A DNA stretch of 64,000 nt from an uncultured Syntrophomonadaceae bacterium (GTDB lineage: Bacteria; Bacillota; Dethiobacteria; DTU022), in the NCBI GenBank assembly GCA_964506505.1, contig CAZDKY010000019.1:606-64605 (forward strand), read 5' to 3'. A program made the position numbers and the translations under genes. The notes below the pieces were generated by a model. That model worked only from the letters and a program-made list of their open reading frames with translations, searched no databases and was not told the DNA's origin. Below are positions 55,922-64,000 of this stretch, piece after piece (position 1 is the first letter of the stretch; each line of letters begins with the position of its first letter).

Positions 55922-56116
55922 ATTTTTTCCTCCCCATCAACATCTTCCTGTTTTCAAAATACCATCAGTCCAAATATTGAATCCCGCTATCTATTTTTAT
56001 GAAAGGTGCTTCAAACTTACATCTGTTCCGAACGGACGCCAGTTTCTATCACCTTCAAAAACGGCAAAATAAGAGCAAATTTCGATTTCGATCCCGAACC
56101 AGCTATCAATTATGCT

Positions 56117-57517
56117 CTAACGGCCGATACCGCTGTATTTGAAGCCATAATCCGTCATTTCTTCACCATCCAGCATGTTGCGGCCGTCGACCAGTACCTT
56201 ACTGTTCATCAGGGAGCCGATCTCCGGCCAGGAGAGATGGCTGAACTGTTCCCAGTCGGTGAGAATGACCAGGGCATCGCTCTCCCGGGCCGCCTCCTCC
56301 ACCGTCCGGCAGTAAACTACATCCTGATCGGGAAAAGTCTGCCTGTATTTATTTTCGGCCACCGGATCGTAGGCTTTGACCCGCGCCCCCATATCCAAAA
56401 GCAGGCGGATCACCTCGATGGCCGGGGATTCCCTTATATCATCTGTATTCGGCTTAAAAGCCAGTCCGAGCACCCCCACGGTACTGCCGCGGATCACCTT
56501 GAGCATTTCCTGCAGTTTCTCGATCACCCGGACCTTCTGGCGATTGTTGACCTCCAGGGCTGCCTTGACCATCTGCAGATCACAGTTATACTGCCCGGCA
56601 GTAAAAAGGATCGAGCGCACATCTTTGGGGAAACAGCTGCCGCCCCAGCCAACACCGGCATTGAGAAAACCGGGCCCGATCCGCCGGTCCAGGCCGATCC
56701 CCTTGGCCACTTCGTTGATATCGGCCCCCACCTTTTCAGCGATAGCCGCAAATTCGTTAATAAAAGATATCTTCATTGCCAGGAAAGAATTGGCCGTATA
56801 CTTGATCAACTCGGCGCTGGTGGGACTGGTGGTCACCAGGGCAGGCATGTTGTAACCCTCCGGACGCGGCACGGCCTGCGGCGGAATGAAAGTCTGTTCC
56901 AGGATAGGCGCATACATCTGGCGGATCAAATTGAGGGCCTGCATATCCTCCGCCCCCACCACGATGCGGTCAGGGTAGAGAGTATCGTGCAGGGCGTTGC
57001 CCTCCCTTAAAAACTCGGGATTGGAAGCAACATAAAAGCAGCAGCTTTCGCCCCTTTTCTGAAGCTCTTCTTTGATCACCGTCTCCACCCGGCGGGCCGT
57101 TCCGATAGGCACCGTTGACTTGTTGACAATAACCGGTGGCCCCTCCGGATCCATATCCCGGCCGATTTCGCGGGCCACCGCTTCCACATAGCTCAGGTCG
57201 GTATCGCCGTTGCTTTTCGCCGGCGTGCCCACGGCAATGATCACAATATCAGCACCGGGCAGGTTCGAAAGCAGGTCTTCAGTGAAACTGACTGTCCCGT
57301 CGTCATCCGTAATCAGCTCTTCCAGGCCCGGTTCATAGATAGTCGATATCCCTCGCTCCAGCTTATCAATAATGGCCCTGTCCTTATCCACACAGGTAAC
57401 CCGGTGGCCAATATATCCGAGAGCCACCCCCGTAGTAAGACCCACATAACCGGTGCCCACGATAACAATGTTTAGTTTTTCTGCATCCTTCAAACCAAGT
57501 TCATCCTTTCCAAACAA
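56117..57517 (-). CDS. ugd: UDP-glucose/GDP-mannose 6-dehydrogenase family (nucleotide-sugar dehydrogenase)
   Basis: IVIVGTGYVGLTTGVALGYIGH; catalytic Cys region GGSCFPKD. Confidence 0.85.
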   Translation of the reverse strand: MFGKDELGLKDAEKLNIVIVGTGYVGLTTGVALGYIGHRVTCVDKDRAIIDKLERGISTIYEPGLEELITDDDGTVSFTEDLLSNLPGADIVIIAVGTPAKSNGDTDLSYVEAVAREIGRDMDPEGPPVIVNKSTVPIGTARRVETVIKEELQKRGESCCFYVASNPEFLREGNALHDTLYPDRIVVGAEDMQALNLIRQMYAPILEQTFIPPQAVPRPEGYNMPALVTTSPTSAELIKYTANSFLAMKISFINEFAAIAEKVGADINEVAKGIGLDRRIGPGFLNAGVGWGGSCFPKDVRSILFTAGQYNCDLQMVKAALEVNNRQKVRVIEKLQEMLKVIRGSTVGVLGLAFKPNTDDIRESPAIEVIRLLLDMGARVKAYDPVAENKYRQTFPDQDVVYCRTVEEAARESDALVILTDWEQFSHLSWPEIGSLMNSKVLVDGRNMLDGEEMTDYGFKYSGIGR

Positions 57518-57663
57518 ACTTCAACAAAGAAAACTTTTCTTTTTTATTCTTCAGACCAGCAAACAGTGGTTATGATTAACAATACTGAACCTCAATTTTC
57601 CACTTCAACCAGCAGTTATAAATTATGCTTAACTTCCATTTATAATATTTTTGACCATTGTTT

Positions 57664-58578
57664 TTATGCTTTCTTTAGCTTCGCTTTCCACCACTTAACC
57701 GTCTCTTCCATTCCTTCCTGCAGGCTGCAGCGGGGCATCCAGCCTACCTCCCGGTTCAGCCGCTCAGTATTGGCCAGCAGCAGGGACGGGTCGTCCTCGG
57801 CCGCCGCTATCGCCCCCAGCCTTATTTTCCCCTTTTTCCCTATAAGTTCACCGGCCAGCATGATCAGATCCTTCAAGGCAAGAGGGCTGCCGGAGGCAAT
57901 ATTAACCGGCCCGGTCACTTCGCTTTCCAACAGGGCCACCAGGGCCGCCGCTGCATCCCTTACATAAAGATAATCGCGGATCTGCTCGCCGTGAGTGCAG
58001 AAAGCATCTTCATTCTTAAGCAGGGCTGAAATTACCGAGGGGACCAAACGGTCTTCATGCTCGCCCGGCCCGTATAAAAAAAAGAGCCTGCCCCAGGCCG
58101 TGCTTAAATTAGCCTCGCGCCCGGCGGCAGCGGTAATTTCATGGAGAGCATTCTTGCACACTCCGTAGAGCGTAGCCGGCTTCAGCGGGGTGAGATTTTC
58201 GGTGCAGTAGCCATAATCCCAGTCGTATTCAGCACAGCTGCCGACCATCACCGCCCGACTTCCGCCGGTTTCGATAAAATCATGCAGCAGGCCCAGGCTG
58301 GACTTGACCCAGCGCAGATTTTCCAGCGAACTCCAGTAAACCCCGTGGGTCACATCCCAGGCCAGGTGCAGCATGTACTCAGGCTGCACGTCGGCCATCA
58401 ACCGTAGAACATGTTCCCCGTTGTGCAAGTCGGCATGGTGCCACTCCACGTCCTCGCGGTAATCGTTCCACCGCCCCCTGGAGCTAACCGCATGGACATT
58501 AAAACCCCTTTCCAGCAGCGCTTCCAGACAATGTGCACCGATAAAACCTCGCGCTCCCGTAAGCAAAACTTTTTTCAT
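57664..58578 (-). CDS. NAD(P)-dependent nucleotide-sugar epimerase/4-reductase (SDR-extended)
   Basis: 304 aa; MKKVLLTGARGFIGAH. Confidence 0.75.
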   Translation of the reverse strand: MKKVLLTGARGFIGAHCLEALLERGFNVHAVSSRGRWNDYREDVEWHHADLHNGEHVLRLMADVQPEYMLHLAWDVTHGVYWSSLENLRWVKSSLGLLHDFIETGGSRAVMVGSCAEYDWDYGYCTENLTPLKPATLYGVCKNALHEITAAAGREANLSTAWGRLFFLYGPGEHEDRLVPSVISALLKNEDAFCTHGEQIRDYLYVRDAAAALVALLESEVTGPVNIASGSPLALKDLIMLAGELIGKKGKIRLGAIAAAEDDPSLLLANTERLNREVGWMPRCSLQEGMEETVKWWKAKLKKA

Positions 58579-59105
58579 CTTCGAAAATCCGGCAGTTGCC
58601 TATCCTTTTTCGAAATAACCGGATCGGATAAGGGCCATTTAATGCCGAATGCCGGATCATTCCACCTCACTCCCCGGGCATATTCTGGTGCATAAAACTG
58701 CGACATGAGGTAATAAACCGCCGTATCATCCTCCAGCGTCTGAAAACCGTGGGCAAAACCCTCCGGTACATAGAGCAGGCGCCTGTTAAAAGCGCTCAGT
58801 TCCACCCCCAGCCACCGGCAACAGGTTGCCGACTGCGGACGCAGATCGATAATTACGTCATACAGCGAACCGCGGACACACTGGACCACCTTTGCTTCGG
58901 CCATCGGCTCCACCTGGTAGTGCATCCCCCGCAGGGTGCCCCTTTTTTGGGTCTGGGATAGATTGGCCTGGGCTACCGTAAAATTCAATCCCTGATGGGC
59001 AAATTCCTGCCGGCAGAAAGTGCGGGCAAATGAACCTCTTTCATCTTCCGCCGCCTCCAGTTCCAGCAGATAAGCCCCTGCCAGATCTGTTTCCCTGAAC
59101 TTCAT
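58575..59105 (-). CDS. NDP-4-keto-6-deoxyhexose 3,5-epimerase (RmlC-like cupin)
   Basis: MKFRETDLAGAYLLE...RGMHYQ RmlC motifs. Start at the ATG that has a GAAGGAG RBS. Confidence 0.8.
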   Translation of the reverse strand: MKFRETDLAGAYLLELEAAEDERGSFARTFCRQEFAHQGLNFTVAQANLSQTQKRGTLRGMHYQVEPMAEAKVVQCVRGSLYDVIIDLRPQSATCCRWLGVELSAFNRRLLYVPEGFAHGFQTLEDDTAVYYLMSQFYAPEYARGVRWNDPAFGIKWPLSDPVISKKDRQLPDFRR

Positions 59106-59268
59106 TAATATCCGCTCCTTCAAAAAAAACAGCCAGTCCGCTTAAAACAGACAACCGGTTCTTATAAAAAACGCCCTGCCGGCCGGTTCCTTAATTAATA
59201 AAACCGTATTACCTTCTTAAACGGTCGCCTGACAGGCACCCTCCTCACAGATCCCCGTTATATATCCT

Positions 59269-59814
59269 TTACCTGAAAAGGACCGCCCTTATTTCCTCCA
59301 CCTCCGGCTCTAATTCATCAATAAGGGCCATGACCTCCTCGGACTGCTCCATATTAAGCTCACCGCCACTTGTTTCAATCATCTCGATCGCTCCGCTTAC
59401 TTTCCCTTTCAGCTGCTCCAGTTTATCCAGGGCTCCCAGCACCTCTCTTCCTTCCAGCAGCCATTCCTTTTCCCCGCGCACCACTACCACCTCCCAGGAG
59501 GTAATTTCCTCTTCTGTGGGGAAATCACCCTGCCTGTAAAGGTTTTCGATCTCCGCCAGCCTCTCCTGTTGTTCCTTCAGCCAGCCGATTCTTTCTTCAT
59601 CGTAGCGCAGCGGCAGGTCCTCCTGGTAGGGTTCCCTGATCCATCCCTGTAGATCGGGCTTAATGTCGAGCAACGCTTCGGTCATCTCTTCTATGTATTC
59701 ATCCACCGCCACCAGGTCAGACTCGTCAAACTCTTCCTCCACGACCTCTTCGCTGCACCCACAGAGCACAGCTGCAGTTGCAACAAGGACCATGATCACA
59801 AGAACTTTTTTCAT
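59269..59814 (-). CDS. Acidic lipoprotein, hypothetical
   Basis: MKKVLVIMVLVATAAVLCGC signal peptide with lipobox; Glu-rich. Confidence 0.6.
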   Translation of the reverse strand: MKKVLVIMVLVATAAVLCGCSEEVVEEEFDESDLVAVDEYIEEMTEALLDIKPDLQGWIREPYQEDLPLRYDEERIGWLKEQQERLAEIENLYRQGDFPTEEEITSWEVVVVRGEKEWLLEGREVLGALDKLEQLKGKVSGAIEMIETSGGELNMEQSEEVMALIDELEPEVEEIRAVLFR

Positions 59815-59834
59815 TGGGCCACCCCCGAAAATAT

Positions 59835-61106
59835 TTAAAACACTTCCACCTGCGGGATAAAAACGACAAAACGGCCGCCCCAGTCCCGTATTCCCCTGAT
59901 CTGCCCGGCAATTTCTTCCCGCAGGTTCCAGGGCAGAATGAGCACATAATCCGGTTTCGTCTCGAATATCTTTTCCGGTTCGTAGACTGGAATGCGACTG
60001 CCCGGCAGGTAAAGACCCTGCTTGTGCGGACTTCTATCGACCGTGTAATCGATAAAATCGGTTCCGATGCCGCAGTAATTGAGCAACGTGTTGCCCTTGG
60101 CCGGGGCCCCGTAACCGGCAACACTTTTACCTTCATTCTTGATCTCGATCAAAAATTTTAGAATTTCCCTCTTGACCTTTTTTACTTTCGTATCAAAGGC
60201 CCGGTAAGTTTTCAGATCCAGAAGGCCTTTTTCTCTTTCAGTTTCAAGCAGATCTTCCAACCTGCCGGTTGGCCTGCGGCCATTATTTTCAGCATGAGCG
60301 GCAAATATGCGCAGCGACCCACCGTGAGTGGGCAACAATTCGACATCAAATAGAGGAAGGCCGTGAGCGGCAAATATCCGGGCGGCCGTGCCCAGGGAGT
60401 AATATGAATAGTGTTCGTGGTAGATGGTATCAAACTGGTTCTGCTCCATCAGGCTCAGCAGATGGGGGAATTCCATGCTGATTACCCCGTCGGGCTTGAG
60501 CAGCTCTTTCATCCCTTTGAGGAGATCGTTGGTCCCGGGTATATGGGCCAGCACATTATTACCGATGAGCAGATCGGCCTCTTTCCCTGCCGCCACCAGT
60601 TCTCCGGCCAGCCTGCTGTTGAAGAAACTTACTACCGTTTCAATACCCCGCTCCCGGGCAGCCGCAGCAATATTGGCCGCCGGTTCTATCCCCAGGGAGG
60701 GGATACCGGCTTCCATAAAAAAACGCAGCAGGTAGCCGTCGTTACTGCCGATCTCGACAATCCTGCTGTTGCTGTCAAGGGCGAATCTTTTAATTGCTTC
60801 TCCGGCAAAATCTGCAGCATGTTTCAGCCAGCTGTCGGAGTAAGAAGAAAAATAGGCGTATTCACTGAAAATATCCTGCGGCCTGCTCTGTTCGGTCAGC
60901 TGAACAAGGAAACATTCAGAGCAAACATAAGTGTGCAGGGGGTAAAAAGGCTCCATCTGATCAAGGTCGGCTGCTTTGAGGTAAGAATTAGCCAGGGGGG
61001 AAACCCCGAGGTCGACAAATGTATCTGCCAGCGGTGTTCCGCAAAAGCGGCACCGCCTTTCTTCTCCACTGCCAGCGCCCATCGCAGCCTCCGATCTCAA
61101 TTCCAC
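59835..61106 (-). CDS. NDP-hexose C-methyltransferase (TylCIII/NovU-like; SAM-dependent)
   Basis: 423 aa; N-terminal CRFCGTPL...CSEC zinc ribbon, SAM-binding VEIGSNDGYLL, C-terminal C-methyltransferase domain. Confidence 0.75.
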   Translation of the reverse strand: MELRSEAAMGAGSGEERRCRFCGTPLADTFVDLGVSPLANSYLKAADLDQMEPFYPLHTYVCSECFLVQLTEQSRPQDIFSEYAYFSSYSDSWLKHAADFAGEAIKRFALDSNSRIVEIGSNDGYLLRFFMEAGIPSLGIEPAANIAAAARERGIETVVSFFNSRLAGELVAAGKEADLLIGNNVLAHIPGTNDLLKGMKELLKPDGVISMEFPHLLSLMEQNQFDTIYHEHYSYYSLGTAARIFAAHGLPLFDVELLPTHGGSLRIFAAHAENNGRRPTGRLEDLLETEREKGLLDLKTYRAFDTKVKKVKREILKFLIEIKNEGKSVAGYGAPAKGNTLLNYCGIGTDFIDYTVDRSPHKQGLYLPGSRIPVYEPEKIFETKPDYVLILPWNLREEIAGQIRGIRDWGGRFVVFIPQVEVF

Positions 61107-61271
61107 CCCTTTTGTTCCGCACCAGGACTCTATCCCTGCCGGGCCAAAGACAGTTTTTCAGTCTCCGCTCCCGCTATCATGTGGAAAGGGATTAAAAATA
61201 TTCCGTGCCTGAATAAAAGCAACCACCGATCATTTGCAAATATTAGTATGCTGCTGCATTTAACCCCTGTT

Positions 61272-61955
61272 TTAATTGACCAGCGGGGCCTCCACGGGAA
61301 CGGGAACAACCTCCGCCAGGGCACCCCTGACCATCAGCCGGTAATCGGGGTTGGAAACATGCGGCGGCTCGCAGGTCTGCAGGGTAATAGCCGGATAATC
61401 GGTACTGTAGATTGGCGACCAGTCGTATTTATCAAAAACACGCACCCATTCAACCTTGTAATGGAATCGGTAACCGTCCGTATCAAGATAAATATCGTCG
61501 CCTTCTTCAAGCTTGTCTATGTTCAGGAAGAAGTTCCAGCGGCCGGCGCGGTGTCCGGCAAAGGCTATATTGCCGCTTTCGGTATTCGGAAGATCGCTCA
61601 TCTGGAAATGAACCGGCCCCTGGTCAAGGAGCTTTTTATCGAAAACATCTCCACCTCCAACGGTCATCAGATCAACATCGATGGCCGGGATAACCAGGCG
61701 CATCGGTTCCCATTCACTGATCTCAACTACTTCTTCTGTTTCTTCCTCTTCCCGTTCAATATTCCGGAAGCCCGCGGTTGCTTCGTAGGCTTCACGCAGC
61801 TGGTTCTGACGGTATTTAACCATCAGGTGCTGTGCTCCCGTATAGCCCAGGATCCCGAGGCCGGCGATAATCAGCACGGTCGCCGCGATACGGTAAAACC
61901 TGTTCGAACCATTAGTCTTCTTCTTCTTTTTCTGGTCCTTTCTTGATTCAGCCAT
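61272..61955 (-). CDS. Sortase (class D/E-like transpeptidase)
   Basis: 227 aa; N-terminal TM anchor; catalytic TLQTC (TLxTC) motif. Confidence 0.8.
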   Translation of the reverse strand: MAESRKDQKKKKKTNGSNRFYRIAATVLIIAGLGILGYTGAQHLMVKYRQNQLREAYEATAGFRNIEREEEETEEVVEISEWEPMRLVIPAIDVDLMTVGGGDVFDKKLLDQGPVHFQMSDLPNTESGNIAFAGHRAGRWNFFLNIDKLEEGDDIYLDTDGYRFHYKVEWVRVFDKYDWSPIYSTDYPAITLQTCEPPHVSNPDYRLMVRGALAEVVPVPVEAPLVN

Positions 61956-61983
61956 AATCTTTCCTCCCTGTGCTTATCTTTAT

Positions 61984-62631
61984 CTATTTATTGTCTCCTT
62001 CAGGCAGGAGACAATCGTAAAAAGCTTTTAGTTCCTCTTCGCTCTCCTGTCCTTTAATAACATTCACTTTTTTCTTTTCCTTCTCTGTCAGCTGACCCTC
62101 TATTCTTGCGGCGACAGCCTTCCCTTCCACTGCAATGACTTCCGCTGCGTCCAGCAGTTTTTCCTCTTTTCTTAACCGGCTGCGGGCGAATAAACCGGCT
62201 AAAAAGCCCCTTCTGGCTTCCTTTTTATCCAACCCGGCCCGTATTTCCAGGATCAGAGGCACCTTCAACTCACTGCTCAGTTCCTCCGCTGCCAGGGCCG
62301 TGCTCAGCGGCGGGGCCACCGCCAGAATCAGATCGGGCTCAGGAAGCATCTTCCCCTGGCGGTTAAGCAGGCTGGCAAATTTCCTGTTTCCCTTTTTCCT
62401 GTTCCGCTGATCATCCTGCAGCATCTCCGGGGTATTGAAGGCAACCAGCACCAGGCCTCCTTGTTCCGTCAGACCGATCTTTTTTTCTTTCAGGTTTAAA
62501 TTCATTCTGTCAGCCGACAAAAAAACTATTACCTTATGACCCTTTCTGACCCAGTGCCGACCGATTTTGATTAACCGGTCTTCTCCCGGACCCGGCGGGT
62601 TCAGGTGCCGGCCCGTTATATAAATATGCAT
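61984..62631 (-). CDS. GT-B N-terminal-domain-like hypothetical protein
   Basis: 215 aa; MHIYITGRHLNPPGPGEDRLIKIGRHWVRKGHKVIVF resembles a GT4 N-domain; lacks the catalytic C-terminal domain. Confidence 0.4.
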   Translation of the reverse strand: MHIYITGRHLNPPGPGEDRLIKIGRHWVRKGHKVIVFLSADRMNLNLKEKKIGLTEQGGLVLVAFNTPEMLQDDQRNRKKGNRKFASLLNRQGKMLPEPDLILAVAPPLSTALAAEELSSELKVPLILEIRAGLDKKEARRGFLAGLFARSRLRKEEKLLDAAEVIAVEGKAVAARIEGQLTEKEKKKVNVIKGQESEEELKAFYDCLLPEGDNK

Positions 62632-62941
62632 ATAATCGCCTTTCCGGTTGAACTGTGCTGTTTTACCTGTTAAACAATATTATACAGTATACTGGCAATA
62701 CCTGCTGCAAAAAATAAACAGTCTTAGGACTACTTTTCAATTTAATCATTCAAGCCTTTTTCGTTTCAAAAACCTAAGACTAGCTATAAAACCTCTTAAA
62801 GAGTCTTCTTTCACCAGTAGGAATTTCACTCTTTGCGTCGAAGATTCTTAAATTAAACAGTCATTTGGGCTTCGCACTTCAATTAAAATTACCTGCCGGT
62901 TCCTTGCGGCCTCAGCCAGGCTTAAATTAAAGGAGATTGAA

Positions 62942-64000
62942 ATTGCCTTTTTCCCCATCGACTAAAAGAACTTTTAGCGCCGCCTTAACTGCGGCAATTT
63001 TGCTGTTCCTCCTGTTCAATCTTTGCGGGTGTACTCCAGAACCGATTTACAATGGTGAATTAAAAGAAGGCCAGCCGCACGGTTTCGGCACCCTTAAACA
63101 CCCGAACGGGGCTTATTATGCCGGACAGTTTGCAGAAGGCCTGCGCCACGGCCGCGGCACCTGGATCCACCCCGATGGCATCCGCTACGCCGGAGAGTGG
63201 CAGGAAGACCTATATCACGGACGGGGCATCCTTATTACAAACGGCCAGCAGTACACAGGCCGCTGGAACGAGGGAGTGAAACAGGGCCCAGGCGTTCAGC
63301 TGTGGGCAGACGGCCGGATCTACAGGGGCAACTGGCACGACAATCGACCCCAGGGATATGGAATCATGGAAAAACCGGACGGCTCCATTTACCGCGGATA
63401 CTGGCAGGACGGCTGCCGCCAGGGCGAAGGAACCGCCTTTTACCCCGACGGCTCCCGCTACAGCGGCCGGTGGGAAAAAGATAACCGCCACGGCTACGGA
63501 CGGTTAATTAAGGCAGACGGCACAACATATGAAGGGGAGTGGATTGACAACCGCCTGGAGGGTGAAGGGATCCTGATCGACACCGACGGCACTGCGGTCA
63601 GCGTTATCTGGGCCGATAACGAACTGCATAAAATACCGGTCGAAGGTATTGAGCTTGACTCTGAAAACCTTACCCTGTTCGCCGGGGAAGAGGAAGTTCT
63701 TTTAACAGCCACAATCCTGCCGGCTGAAGCAACCACCAGGGAAATCACCTGGACCAGCAGCAATCCCGATGTGGCCACCGTGACAGACGGCCTGGTGAAA
63801 CCTCTATCACCCGGTACCTCCCTGATTACCGCCACCACCGCGAATGGCGGCTTCACCGCCGCCTGCGAGGTAACTGTTCACGAAATAGAAATCAGGGTCA
63901 GCGGCATTGAGCTTGATCGAACCTCTCTCAACCTGCGGATCGAGGAAACAGCAATCCTCATTGCTGAGATTACGCCATACGATGCCCTGGATCAGACCAT
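62942..64000 (+). CDS. Surface lipoprotein with MORN repeats and Big_2 Ig-like domains (3'-partial)
   Basis: TTG start with an AAAGGAGA RBS; the signal peptide ends in the lipobox LCGC; tandem MORN repeats (YxGxWxxGxxHGxG) followed by Big_2-like segments. Absent from the ORF track because the start is not ATG. Confidence 0.7.

Overview
The window looks like a Firmicutes chromosome (Clostridia/Peptococcaceae-like, about 50% GC), with nearly all genes on the minus strand. It contains, in order: (1) a partial sigma-54 PAS/AAA+ activator and ligA. (2) A split B12-dependent acyl-CoA mutase cluster (B12-binding subunit, catalytic subunit, MeaB GTPase, CobA-type adenosyltransferase) followed by two acyl-CoA dehydrogenases and a thiolase. 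(3) A complete purine-biosynthesis operon, purE-B-C-S-Q-L-F-[hppA]-M-N-H-D. A membrane pyrophosphatase gene (hppA) sits inside it, with a roughly 80-nt copy of a purL fragment just upstream of hppA. The operon is preceded by a purine permease whose leader carries a ykkC-family riboswitch, probably the PRPP-sensing subtype given the gene context. (4) groES-groEL with a CIRCE operator and promoter. (5) A cell-envelope glycan locus of about 32 kb (30.1-62.6 kb). It encodes a DUF368 polyprenyl-phosphate transporter, two LCP proteins, a WbaP-like priming transferase, GT2/GT4 transferases, a Wzx flippase, CapE/CapF-like genes, CDP-glucose synthase and 4,6-dehydratase, a 3,5-epimerase, a 4-reductase, an NDP-hexose C-methyltransferase, Ugd and a sortase. 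The locus is punctuated by eight copies of a conserved 28-bp element (ACCCTG[T/G]GTATTAACTTATTAACTTATT) that sits at gene junctions. (6) A module flanked by two of these elements (ThDP enzyme, SDR, ESS-family transporter, Zn-ADH, URO-D-like protein) is embedded in the glycan locus. (7) A partial MORN/Big_2 lipoprotein at the right edge. The most novel-looking signal is the repeated junction element that organises the glycan locus into cassettes.
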